The notes under the pieces are model-generated. The model saw only the letters and a program-made list of their open reading frames with translations, ran no database searches and was not told the origin of the DNA. This document shows positions 1-10,500 of a stretch of 64,000 nucleotides of DNA, in pieces; within the stretch, counting starts at the first letter, position 1; the number at the start of each line of letters is the position of its first letter. Source of the DNA: Anaerocolumna sp. (GTDB lineage Bacteria; Bacillota; Clostridia; Lachnospirales; Lachnospiraceae); contig JAQSYR010000001.1 of the NCBI GenBank assembly GCA_029256035.1, forward strand, positions 30,838-94,837, given 5' to 3'. A program made the translations under genes and the position numbers.

Positions 1-205
1 TAGGGAAAGAACATATATCTTCCATCCACTTAGATGATACATATGTAATCACATACTCAAAATCACTTATTCCTTCGCATGTGTTTACCGTTTCTTTAAT
101 GCATTCAAGAATATCTTCTTGTTCTATGTGATGTCCTTCAGTACAAAGATTACCGTCAACATATAAACCTTCCCAATTCTCTCATTTTACAATATCAATT
201 GTCAT
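1..205 (-). pseudogene. Small phage gene (runs off window) with in-frame TGA at codon 8
   Basis: RBS GGAGGTGA, then MTIDIVK*ENWEGLYVDGNLCTEGHH... continuing in the same frame; TGA at 182-184. Confidence 0.55.
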
Positions 206-275
206 TTAATTCACCTCCACTTTCATTATTTATGTTACTTTCACTACTGTAGTGAAACCTAATCAAAATCACATC

Positions 276-596
276 TTAATTAATTATTTCACTTTCAACA
301 TCAGCTTCTCCATCAGTGATAATATTAATATTTACACTCTCATTAATAACATCCTTATTATCACCCCACACAAAAGGTTTATTTCCATTAATCATAGGAA
401 CACCAAACCCTTCAATAAACTCTCCATCTTCATAATCAGTCTTTCTTAATGACAATTGTTCTGCTAACTCTCGTAGATCATCGATATCACAAAAACATTC
501 TGACCAGTTCTTTAGTTCTTCTTCAGTCCATACTCTCTCATCTAATTCAACTTCGTACTCATAAACTTTTGTAACAGTACATTTAAATTTTTTCAT
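276..596 (-). CDS. hypothetical phage protein
   Basis: 106 aa ORF with RBS AAAGGAG. Confidence 0.8.
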   Translation of the reverse strand: MKKFKCTVTKVYEYEVELDERVWTEEELKNWSECFCDIDDLRELAEQLSLRKTDYEDGEFIEGFGVPMINGNKPFVWGDNKDVINESVNINIITDGEADVESEIIN

Positions 597-642
597 TGTA
601 ATCTCCTTTCACAATCCTGATAAAAACATTGTTTCATATGCT

Positions 643-837
643 CTATATTTCTTCATCATCATTAACGTCTTTATCTAGCCATTTCCGAATAATATCTCTC
701 CCACTATGATGTTTACAACCCCAATTACATCCTGCTTTTGCATCTTTACATAATTCATTACAATCTGGTCTGTATAGTGTAATAAAAGCTGCCATCTGAT
801 CTTCGTTTAAATTTTTTACCCATTCAAAATTAGTCAT
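643..837 (-). CDS. hypothetical Cys-containing phage protein
   Basis: 64 aa ORF with RBS. Confidence 0.7.
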   Translation of the reverse strand: MTNFEWVKNLNEDQMAAFITLYRPDCNELCKDAKAGCNWGCKHHSGRDIIRKWLDKDVNDDEEI

Positions 838-877
838 TTAACATTCCTTTCTATTAGAATCAAAGAGTTATTTTGTA

Positions 878-1333
878 CTAACTTATTTCACATTTGTAAT
901 TCCAAACCTTACGATAACAATTGCCATTAGAAATTTCTCCTTCGTATTTTCTGATCTGCTTATGAGAATATTTCTTATAAAACCGCTTTGTTCTCCATGA
1001 AAAATTGTTTTGGATTAATCTGCTATTATGTTCATAGTATGGAATCATCCATATTCTTTTTGTAAATGAATAAATGTCAGATATCTTCTTATTGTGTTTT
1101 TCTCGTCTTGAACGCTTACTAGATTGTTTTTTATTTGCTTTACTGTGTGTAATATCTTCTTCAAATGCTTCATCACAAAATCCATACCAACCGCATTTTG
1201 AACCTATTTTATCACACCAGATTGAATACGCTATTTCGTTGTAATCTGGCTCTTCTCCCATATTTTCATACAAATCTAACCGATGATTATAACAATCTTT
1301 CCCTAGTGGACAAGTAAAACAGTTACATTTCAT
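878..1333 (-). CDS. hypothetical Cys-rich/basic phage protein
   Basis: ATG at 1333 after GAGGTGA; CxCxxC N-terminus. Confidence 0.75.
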   Translation of the reverse strand: MKCNCFTCPLGKDCYNHRLDLYENMGEEPDYNEIAYSIWCDKIGSKCGWYGFCDEAFEEDITHSKANKKQSSKRSRREKHNKKISDIYSFTKRIWMIPYYEHNSRLIQNNFSWRTKRFYKKYSHKQIRKYEGEISNGNCYRKVWNYKCEIS

Positions 1334-1376
1334 ATGTGTCACCTCATTTCAAAGTTCCAAACAATATCTGATTTGA

Positions 1377-1580
1377 TTATCTTCTTACAAATTTAAAGCA
1401 CCACGCTTCGTCACTTATGAATCTCAACTCTCCATCTTCATTAATATAAAACATTTCAATAAATTGTATTTTATCAGATTTTGAAAAATCTTCGTTGCCT
1501 TTAAATATTGGTGTAATTGTCAGTGGATTATAAACAACATCCTTATAAATTACCTTATATTCTTCTACATTAATACCCAT
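1377..1580 (-). CDS. hypothetical phage protein
   Basis: 67 aa ORF with RBS. Confidence 0.7.
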   Translation of the reverse strand: MGINVEEYKVIYKDVVYNPLTITPIFKGNEDFSKSDKIQFIEMFYINEDGELRFISDEAWCFKFVRR

Positions 1581-1619
1581 ATACTCACCTTCTTTCTAAG
1601 TCTTAATAAAAACCTGATT

Positions 1620-1979
1620 CTATTGTGTCTTTAAGCCTATCTTAAAATTTGATGCGCTTTCATACATGTCATAAACTTCTTTACTTATCCTTCTTTTAAT
1701 CTGTGGTAGAAAATTGTCAATTTGTTTTCCGATAATGTCATCTGTTTTAATACCTATTTTAGTAAATTCATCTTTCCAAGCTCTGCCAATTCCAGCAACG
1801 TCTAAACCAACTTCTTCAATTTGATAATAACCAATAATAACATTTTCATCATCTTCAATCGGAATCATTATTCTTCTAAAAATTGCATCAGCACAATCTT
1901 CAATATTACCTCTGATATGTGTTACATTTAAATCTTTCCACAACACACATCCTCCTCTTTCTGGATCAATAACTATCAT
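1620..1979 (-). CDS. hypothetical phage protein
   Basis: ATG at 1979 after AAAGGAG. Confidence 0.75.
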   Translation of the reverse strand: MIVIDPERGGCVLWKDLNVTHIRGNIEDCADAIFRRIMIPIEDDENVIIGYYQIEEVGLDVAGIGRAWKDEFTKIGIKTDDIIGKQIDNFLPQIKRRISKEVYDMYESASNFKIGLKTQ

Positions 1980-2008
1980 ATTTATTCTCCTTTCTAAACC
2001 CAATAAAG

Positions 2009-2188
2009 CTATAATTTGATGTTAATGTATCCACTTAAATCAGATATTACATTCTTTTTGTCACATACTGTTTTTACACTTTCTTCGTTATAATATCCTG
2101 AGCTTACAATCGTGTCATTTTTCTTCGTGTCTATAACATAATGAAGTCCGTCTATACACTTAACTTTATATCTATCCGTTTTAATCAC
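2009..2188 (-). CDS. small hypothetical protein (~59 aa, not in ORF track)
   Basis: Open frame VIKTDRYKVKCIDGLHYV... filling the gap between two junction palindromes; start codon uncertain. Confidence 0.5.
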   Translation of the reverse strand: MIKTDRYKVKCIDGLHYVIDTKKNDTIVSSGYYNEESVKTVCDKKNVISDLSGYINIKL

Positions 2189-2225
2189 CTCATTTCTTAA
2201 ACAAATCGTCGTTTGTTAGCTCTTT

Positions 2226-2504
2226 CTAATAACTGATATCTAATGCAAAGTATTCTCTTGGTTCAATAGAAAAAATATCTACTCCTCTGTATACATTATC
2301 AATCGTAAATTTATGATACTCTAAGGCATCAACAAAATCTTTTGCAACCACATCTGGAATAGTTATTACTACTTTTGATGTTTTATTTTTTATAGATTGT
2401 TGTAATTTTTCTTCAAACTGTTCTAAATATGTTTCCAATAGTGGTTTATTATTTATGCCGAGTAAATCATTTAATTGTTTTCTTGCGTCTTTTGCACTTG
2501 TCAT
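2226..2504 (-). CDS. hypothetical phage protein
   Basis: ATG at 2504 after AAAGGAG. Confidence 0.75.
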   Translation of the reverse strand: MTSAKDARKQLNDLLGINNKPLLETYLEQFEEKLQQSIKNKTSKVVITIPDVVAKDFVDALEYHKFTIDNVYRGVDIFSIEPREYFALDISY

Positions 2505-2545
2505 TAAATTTCTCCTTTCTAAAAGCACTCCAAAGTATTAACTTA

Positions 2546-3106
2546 TTAGCTTTCTCCTGCATAGTCTCCATAATATTTTTCACGTAAAATCTCAGCACAT
2601 ATACCAGCGTCATCTACATTTTTAAACTTAGCTAATTCCACATGCTTTCCATCAACTCTCATAGTTACTACCCACCATTTACCATTTTGACTTACATTTC
2701 TATATCCTGACTTATTGGTTATATTCTTTGATTTTCTGTTTCTTAAATTTTCTTCATACTTAGAAATCCTTAAATTTGATTTTCTATTATTCAGTCCATC
2801 ATGGTCAATGTGATCTACTTGAATTCCTTTAATATTATCTGGATTTCCAATAAACCACTGCATCATCATACTTGAATATTTGTATTTTCCATTTTCACAA
2901 CCCAAATAAATTCCTGCTTGTGCATACCACAAACCGTTTACTGGATTTAATATTGCATGCCATGTAACTTTTAAGTCTATTAGCCTTTGTAGATCGTCAG
3001 TATCAATGGTCGTATAAAACGTTCTTCCATCTCTCTTTTTCATTTCTATGGTTGTTGTTTCCCCATTTATTATGTATTTGTTTCTAAATTTCTTAGGTAT
3101 AGCTAT
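2546..3106 (-). CDS. HNH homing endonuclease with C-terminal AP2-like domain
   Basis: VDHIDHDGLNNRKSNLR HNH motif; NKSGYRNV...W AP2-like region; probable ATA start at 3106 (ATG alternative 3043). Confidence 0.85.
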   Translation of the reverse strand: MAIPKKFRNKYIINGETTTIEMKKRDGRTFYTTIDTDDLQRLIDLKVTWHAILNPVNGLWYAQAGIYLGCENGKYKYSSMMMQWFIGNPDNIKGIQVDHIDHDGLNNRKSNLRISKYEENLRNRKSKNITNKSGYRNVSQNGKWWVVTMRVDGKHVELAKFKNVDDAGICAEILREKYYGDYAGES

Positions 3107-3137
3107 AAATCATCATTCCTTTCGTTTAATATTATTA

Positions 3138-5090
3138 TTACTTAATCATCTCTAAAAACTCATCTTCAGTAATAATCTTAATTCCCAACTCTTGTGCTTT
3201 CTTATTTTTACCAGACGTTGATGTATTATCGTTATTTATAAGGTATGATGTACTCTTACTGACACTTCCTGCAACTTTACCATTTCTACTTTCAATATCC
3301 GCTTTTAATTCCTCACGATTCTTATAACGATTAACTGATCCTGTAATTACAAATGTCATACCGTCCAACGATTTACTATTCTGTGTATTATTATTTGCTT
3401 TATCTTCTATTACAAAATTCATTATAGTAGCAAGACTTCTGTATATCTCATAATTATTTCTAAACCAGTTTGCAATAGATTCATGCATTGTACCACCAAA
3501 GTCGTCAAGGTTAGTAAAATCAAAGTCTTCATTAATCAATCTATAGAAATTAATTGTATCTCCTTTACAATACTTACTGATTGTTTTGCTTGCTGTTTTA
3601 CCGATTAGTGGGATACTTAAACTATAAATGAAATTTTCTAGCTTCACATGCTTACTTTCTTCAATTGCAGCTAATAATTTATCACCAGACTTTACACCAA
3701 AACCATCTAATGTAATCATTTTATTTCTATGTTGTTTCAGATTATAAATGTCTACCAACTCATTAAGCCATCCTAATTCAACAAATTTTTCAATAGTGGC
3801 TTCTGACATCCCATCAATGTTCATCGCATATTTACTTACGAAATGGGTTAATCTACTAATCAACTTGGCTTTGCAATTTGGATTAGTACAATATAAGAAT
3901 TTTGATCCATTGTCATTTTTTACTTCTATATCACTACCACACTCAGGACATTTATCTGGAATCTTAAATGTATTGCTTTTAGTTAAATTATCATCAACTT
4001 TAGGAATAACCATATTGGCACGATAAACCGTAATCGTATCACCAATTCCTAACTGTAAATCTTCCATATAACTGATATTATGTAATGTTGCTCTAGTTGT
4101 AATTGCACCACCCAAATCTACAGGTGAGAAAATAGCAACAGGATTAATTAAACCAGTGCGAGAAGTATTCCATTCAATATCCACAAGTGTTGTTTCGTAT
4201 GTGTCATCTTTCCACTTTCTAGCAATCATATTCAAAGGATGATGTACTGTAGTTCCTAGTGATTCGCCATAATCATAAAACTCATATTTATAAATAGTTC
4301 CGTCTACTGGATATTTATAGTTTATTGGATTAAATTTTAAATCTACATCTTCCACATTAGCAACACCATTCTGTACGAATTCTCTTTCAGTAACCTGAAA
4401 TCCTAAATCAGATAACCATCCTAATGAAACATCTGTATCAAGTTTTTCAATATTATTATCTTGTACTAATTCAAATGCTATGAACTCTAAATATCTTTCC
4501 TTTGCTACGTTTGAATCTAATTGTCTAACACTACCAGCAGCTAAATTACGTGGATGGCTATATGGTTCTTCTAGTGTTTCATTGATTTTATCAAAATTCT
4601 CCCACGATATTACACACTCTCCACGTACTTCTATATTAACATCTGTACGCAATTTTAAAGGTAAATTAATACAATGTCTGATTGTATGTGTAACATCTTC
4701 TCCTGTATCTCCTCCACCCCTTGTAATGGCTTGTTTATATAAACCATTTTCATAACGTATTACAATTGTCAATCCATCCAATTTCCACATTTCTACGCAC
4801 AATTGATTTCCTACAAATCTCTTTACTTCATTAATATCTTTAGTTTTGTTAGCGGATAACATAGGCTTACTATGTTTTACTTTAGTTAATCCTTCTAGTA
4901 TTTCACCTTGTACTTTCTGAGTAGGTGAATTTACCATAATGATACTTGTGCCTTTTTCTAACTGTTCAAGTCGGTCATAGAGCGCATCATAGTCTTTATC
5001 CGACATAATAGGCTTATCATACTTATAATATGCTGTTGATGCTTCGTTTAACTGTTTAATTAATGACTTCATTTCTTCTAAATTATTCAT
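3138..5090 (-). CDS. ligA: NAD-dependent DNA ligase
   Basis: KLDG adenylation motif, TRG, EVRGE, PRNLAAGS, Cys4 zinc finger, C-terminal BRCT. Confidence 0.97.
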   Translation of the reverse strand: MNNLEEMKSLIKQLNEASTAYYKYDKPIMSDKDYDALYDRLEQLEKGTSIIMVNSPTQKVQGEILEGLTKVKHSKPMLSANKTKDINEVKRFVGNQLCVEMWKLDGLTIVIRYENGLYKQAITRGGGDTGEDVTHTIRHCINLPLKLRTDVNIEVRGECVISWENFDKINETLEEPYSHPRNLAAGSVRQLDSNVAKERYLEFIAFELVQDNNIEKLDTDVSLGWLSDLGFQVTEREFVQNGVANVEDVDLKFNPINYKYPVDGTIYKYEFYDYGESLGTTVHHPLNMIARKWKDDTYETTLVDIEWNTSRTGLINPVAIFSPVDLGGAITTRATLHNISYMEDLQLGIGDTITVYRANMVIPKVDDNLTKSNTFKIPDKCPECGSDIEVKNDNGSKFLYCTNPNCKAKLISRLTHFVSKYAMNIDGMSEATIEKFVELGWLNELVDIYNLKQHRNKMITLDGFGVKSGDKLLAAIEESKHVKLENFIYSLSIPLIGKTASKTISKYCKGDTINFYRLINEDFDFTNLDDFGGTMHESIANWFRNNYEIYRSLATIMNFVIEDKANNNTQNSKSLDGMTFVITGSVNRYKNREELKADIESRNGKVAGSVSKSTSYLINNDNTSTSGKNKKAQELGIKIITEDEFLEMIK

Positions 5091-5190
5091 TCCATTCTCC
5101 TTTTAAATGTTTTCTGTTTATTATTATTTTCAATATGTACTAAAAACCTGTGATGCCATTAATCTAGCCTTATCTCTTTCGCTTGAATTA

Positions 5191-5219
5191 ATCATATCAC
5201 AGGTTAACTATGTTGTCAA
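5191..5219 (-). promoter_or_regulatory. sigA-type promoter upstream of ligA
   Basis: TTGACA (5219-5214), 17-bp spacer, TG-extended TATGAT (5196-5191); operator at 5225-5240. Confidence 0.75.
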
Positions 5220-5243
5220 CATCTTGTTTATTATTATTTGTAA

Positions 5244-7523
5244 TTACTTTGTATTTTCTTTTAACATGGATTGCATAAATGTCATTCTGTTAAAGTTCTC
5301 TTTATTTTTTATAGAAGTATTAACTGTTGATGCAGCACCAATATGAAAACAACGCTCTTTCATTCTAGTGAGTCCAACATAAATTAGATTTGAATTAAGC
5401 ATATATGTATGAGACTTTGGTGTCAGTAGAATAATTACCTTTGAACTACTACCTTGAGATTTATGAATTGAAATAGCGTATCCCAATCCAACACTCTGCA
5501 AATCTTCTCTTGAATAACTAACCTTCACACCATCAAAGTCAATTATCATTTCAAATCTATTTATGCTTAATACAATTCCGCACTCTCCATTTGCAATAAA
5601 CGTAGTATTTAAATTCTCGTCATCAATACAGAAATCATCGTCAATATATACTTTTGCTTTATAATTATTCTGTTTCTGTATAATCAAATCACCAACATAG
5701 TAAGTTGTTTCACCATATTTAAGAAATGTGTCTGATCCAAAATTTTTATTAGCTATCTTCTGAAGGTGGTTGTTTAATACAACTGTACCATATTCTCCTT
5801 TGTTATATGCTGTTAACACCTGTATATCTTCTACTTTGTAATTCTGTGATAATAATTTTTCATATAATGCAAGAACGTTTTTAACTGATTGCTTGTCATC
5901 TACATTAATAAAAGCATAGTCTTTATTATCTCCAAAGTATGTACACTGACTTAAACTGTCAGACAGATATTTCTTACAATTCCTAACATCTGTAGCAACC
6001 GTCATTAATCCACCTTTACCATATCTAAAGATTTTAGTTAATGACGTAGTTGGTATAACTTTAGATTGCATAAAGTCGTGCAATAGATTACCACAAGCAA
6101 CTGAAGGTATCTGAGCAGAATCACCAACCATTAACAACTTAGTTCTATTAAAATCTATTGCATCGATTACATGTTTGAATAAAAATATATCTGTCATTGA
6201 AAACTCATCAATAACCACAACATCACTATCGAGTTTATTATTCATACAATATGTCCATGTGTTAGGTGGAATATAAGCTAAACCTCTATGAATAGTTGAT
6301 GTTTCTCTCTTGCAATATTCCTTTAATACTTTTGCTGCTTTACCTGTCGGAGATAATAACACATACGATTTATTATTATCATCTAACATCTGAATTATTG
6401 CTTGTGTACATGAACTCTTACCACTACCACCAAACCCGTTCAATATGCTTATATTGTATTTACATAAATAATTAATTGATTGTAGCTGTTCGTCTGTAAG
6501 TGAAAATTCACTTGAATTTCTGTATTTCTCTACATTAATATTCCATTCGTTTTTAACAGATAATCCATATGAAATATTCTTTGCTATATATAATTCAGTA
6601 TTATATGTTTCTTTTAATGCAACATTTCTACTGCTCTTATCATAATATATACTTTCTTCTTTTACTGCATCTATGAAATGATAAGCACAAGCTGGCACTA
6701 GTTTATCACATTGGTTTTTTAAATCTACTAGATCCATTTTAGTATGACCGTTGTTTTCGTTTTCTTCTAATAAGAATAAGATACATGATAAACATCTTTG
6801 CTTGCTTGTCTTTAAATCAGAATTAAAATCTATAATAGGTTTTAACCCTTTTGAAACATTTTCTATAGAAGCCTTTTCTATTTCCAATAGTAATCCATCA
6901 GCTTTTTTAAATCCAATGCCTGAGATTACACACAGGCATTTATAAGGATTATTCTTCATTTCATATCTAATTTTTTCTGTAGATGGATATTTATCATACA
7001 ACTTTTTAACCATATTTAGACTAAGTAATCCTTGAAACTCTGATACCAGCTCTACTAATGCAAAGTTCTCAACAATCTTTTCTTTGATACGCTCAAACGT
7101 ATACTCTTTAATTCCTTTAGTTAATGATAAATCAATGTCTTCTAGTCTATTATTAATTACTCTATCCACTATATCAGGATAAACTTTAAATAATGTATCT
7201 GCTTGCATTGGAGTTAATATTTCTTGTAAGAACAACTGCATATCAAGAGAGGTGTTTGGTCTGTCTCGTTTAATATTATTTACTTTATATCCATAACCAT
7301 TCTTAGTTATTTCTTCTGTTGCTTTTACTGAATACAAAATTCCTTCTCCAAGTTGATGTAGATTGCCACTTATAACTGCTGTTCCATATTTAGTAAACTT
7401 AATAAAATTATATTTATCTTTATCTACATCCACTGCATACACTCTATAATCTTCTGTATCATAAATACATCTAACTACTCTACACTGAAACTCAAATTCT
7501 TTTGTTCCGTTATCACTCACCAA
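5244..7523 (-). CDS. recD2: RecD2-like SF1B helicase
   Basis: GIGFKKAD HhH, Walker A GFGGSGKS, IDEFSM, VGDSAQIPSV, YAISIHKSQGS, LIYVGLTR. Confidence 0.93.
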   Translation of the reverse strand: MVSDNGTKEFEFQCRVVRCIYDTEDYRVYAVDVDKDKYNFIKFTKYGTAVISGNLHQLGEGILYSVKATEEITKNGYGYKVNNIKRDRPNTSLDMQLFLQEILTPMQADTLFKVYPDIVDRVINNRLEDIDLSLTKGIKEYTFERIKEKIVENFALVELVSEFQGLLSLNMVKKLYDKYPSTEKIRYEMKNNPYKCLCVISGIGFKKADGLLLEIEKASIENVSKGLKPIIDFNSDLKTSKQRCLSCILFLLEENENNGHTKMDLVDLKNQCDKLVPACAYHFIDAVKEESIYYDKSSRNVALKETYNTELYIAKNISYGLSVKNEWNINVEKYRNSSEFSLTDEQLQSINYLCKYNISILNGFGGSGKSSCTQAIIQMLDDNNKSYVLLSPTGKAAKVLKEYCKRETSTIHRGLAYIPPNTWTYCMNNKLDSDVVVIDEFSMTDIFLFKHVIDAIDFNRTKLLMVGDSAQIPSVACGNLLHDFMQSKVIPTTSLTKIFRYGKGGLMTVATDVRNCKKYLSDSLSQCTYFGDNKDYAFINVDDKQSVKNVLALYEKLLSQNYKVEDIQVLTAYNKGEYGTVVLNNHLQKIANKNFGSDTFLKYGETTYYVGDLIIQKQNNYKAKVYIDDDFCIDDENLNTTFIANGECGIVLSINRFEMIIDFDGVKVSYSREDLQSVGLGYAISIHKSQGSSSKVIILLTPKSHTYMLNSNLIYVGLTRMKERCFHIGAASTVNTSIKNKENFNRMTFMQSMLKENTK

Positions 7524-7533
7524 ATCACCTCAC

Positions 7534-10500
7534 TTATTTTATACACTCAAATGCAGTTATAATCTTCTCTGTTTCATCTGTTGGAATCCACTCTTCTCCA
7601 ACTTTTCTCTTTTTAAACTGTTCTCTAAACTCATATATCTTCAATATACTATATTGACCAAATGGACTAAGTTTAAATATTTTTGCTGATGTTATCTTTG
7701 TTTTAAATTCTTCTCCAGTCTTAATATTTCTTACTAATAAATATGGAGTAGCTGGATTATTATAAGTTTTAAAGTCCAATACTACGTAATAATCTTTACT
7801 TACTTTTGGATTTGCGTATGTAGTATATTGCAAATATTCCATTTCAAATTTAATATGTTCAATGATTGACATTGGTTTATCTTCTAATTTAGAACACATT
7901 TCTGTTACAAGTCCTTTTGTATCGAGTTCTTTGTATAATTTCTCTGTTTCTTTACTACTATATTTTTTCATCAAAAACTCATTAAGTTGAAGTTTATCAA
8001 AATCAGCTTTTTTAATTTGTTTTACATTGTAGAGATTATTATAAACCTCAATTACATTAAGCAAGTATTTATTATTACCAAACATACTAAAGAAGTTAAG
8101 ACCTGTAAGAATTGTTAATTGTCTTGCATCTACTGAAGTTTGTTTATGTATATCTGTTAATAATTCAATAAAGTTATTATATTTATTTTTGGATAACTCC
8201 ATTAGTTCTTCTGCTATTTTTGAATTACAATACTTAATTGATAATATTCCTTTGTAGATAGTATTGTCTTTTCTGTCTATGGTATATTCTGAAAGAGATT
8301 TACCAAATTGTATTGGTTTAATTTCTATATTAAAATATCTTGCAAGATTAATACCATTATTTGTATCTTCTTCGTTTTCAGCTCTATTCAAGTAAGCAGT
8401 AATAAATTCAATTGTATAATATGTTCTCAAATTTACACAAGCATATCCATTCATACTGTAGCTGGTAGAATGGTTAAATCCAAATTGATATTCCGAGCTA
8501 TCGGCTACAATCTGAACAAATTGTTCTGCTTCTTTTTCCGCTATTTCTCTTGGTTTACTAGAGTGTTTACAGTATCCTTCGAGGATTTTAGGTAATTGTT
8601 CTTTCAAACCTTCTTGATCCTTTTTGCCTATACAATTATGTACTATTATTTCGTTGGCAACATAATTATGATTGTCTTTTACCTCAATATCATAAACATT
8701 TGAAATACCATATTCTTCTATTTTAATTATTTTCAACGGTATATATTCAGCCATTAATAATTCATAAGTTTTAGGACTGTATACAAACTTTACAATATCT
8801 AATGCTTTAGTATTTGTTATTGTGCTGTTTTTATTTAATTTAAATCCATTGTGTTTATATCCTCCAATTTGATTTCCTATATCTGAAAAACTGATATTTC
8901 TATCATTGGCATTCTTTATAATTTCTTCATAACACTCTTCTGGAAGAATGTAATCATATTGTAATGTTCTATTTTTTGCTAACTCTAAAATATTAAAATA
9001 ATCATCCTTTTTTCTTCCAACAATCAATGTTGCTATTGTGTTACAAAACTTTTCTACTGAATCAACTTGTCGTATGATTAAATGATAGCACATATAATCA
9101 TATCCTTTTACATTTTTTGACTCTACATATGAATATATATTATACTTCATTAACAATGACTTTATTTGGTAGGCAAGTTCTCTGCTTGTTGTATAATATT
9201 CAATACAAGTATTTTTTAAGTTGTAACCACCATCAGTATTAAACAATCCTGCAAGTAGATTTGTTAATTTGCTACCTACTGGATAATTCATAATTTCATA
9301 AGGTATTCTTTTCAATCCAGCCTTCTTTACTAGGTCATATTTTGTTAATAAGTTTTGTAAAATCATTCTATGATTTTTTGATTTAATATAAATTGAGTAT
9401 ATATAGTCAACTTCAACTCCATTTTGAATATGATCTGTGAACTCACAATTTTTATTATATCTTGATAATTCAGATACACAGTTTTTAAATTTTTCTATAA
9501 CACAAAGTTCTGAATTTGTAAAATGTATATTGTTTATATCTCCAATCGAGCCATCTCCAATTAATAACCCTAATAAAAACATTTCGTTTTCAGAAAGTCT
9601 CTGATTTGGTTTTAAATTATCAGATGTAGGATGTATTACAGATGGTGTCATTACATAATCATTATTTGTTAATTCTTTTACTTGTTTCCATCCGTTCTGT
9701 GTTAATATTTTGTGGTTATCTGTAGCAATAATATAATTATCTTGTTGTGTATAAATTTTATAAGTCTGTTTTATACCATTATTAAATTTATTGATAACAG
9801 GTTTATGTGTAATATTATTACTGTTATCAATACATACAACCTTATCACCAACTTCAACATCTTTTATTCTTTTTCTGTTTCCATTAGACATTAACACTAA
9901 AGAATTTTCATCTAAGCATCTACGAGTAGTGTCTGCGGCAGAACCTGTAAAATCACAAATATCTGTTAAGAATTTAATTGTATCCTCTTGAAATATTAAA
10001 TATCCATTATTATCTTCTAGTAATTTATCAATTTCTTCTGATGGATTTTTATTAAATTCACCTGCAATCATTTTATCTCTGTATGATTTGCCAGACGGTC
10101 TTAGTGCTGCGTTTACCATAGACATATGGTTAACTGTGTGTGGTTTGAAGTTCTTCAACAAATCAAATGCATAATCACCTTCAAACTGAAACACCCCTTG
10201 TTGAGTCTCTATCATATTATTCCAAACTTTATCATCTTCCCAATTTATTTCGTGAGCTTTTGGGTATGGTATTCCAGCATATCTACAAGCATCTTTAATA
10301 ATTCCAACTGTTTTAAGTCCTAATATATCAAATTTTACGTAGTTAAGCGAATCGACAGCTTTCATCGCACATGTTGATACAGGCATGTTTAAATCTCCAT
10401 CTTTATAGAATAATCCAATACTATCAGCCAGTGTTATAGGTGATCCTATAATACCGCTAGGATGAGTTCCTTTTGCAACTATAGTACCTTTTAATCCTTT

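Noticed and set aside
240-256. Palindrome TTCACTACTGTAGTGAA
   Set aside because: Single short hairpin with no second copy or clear U-tract; no function supportable
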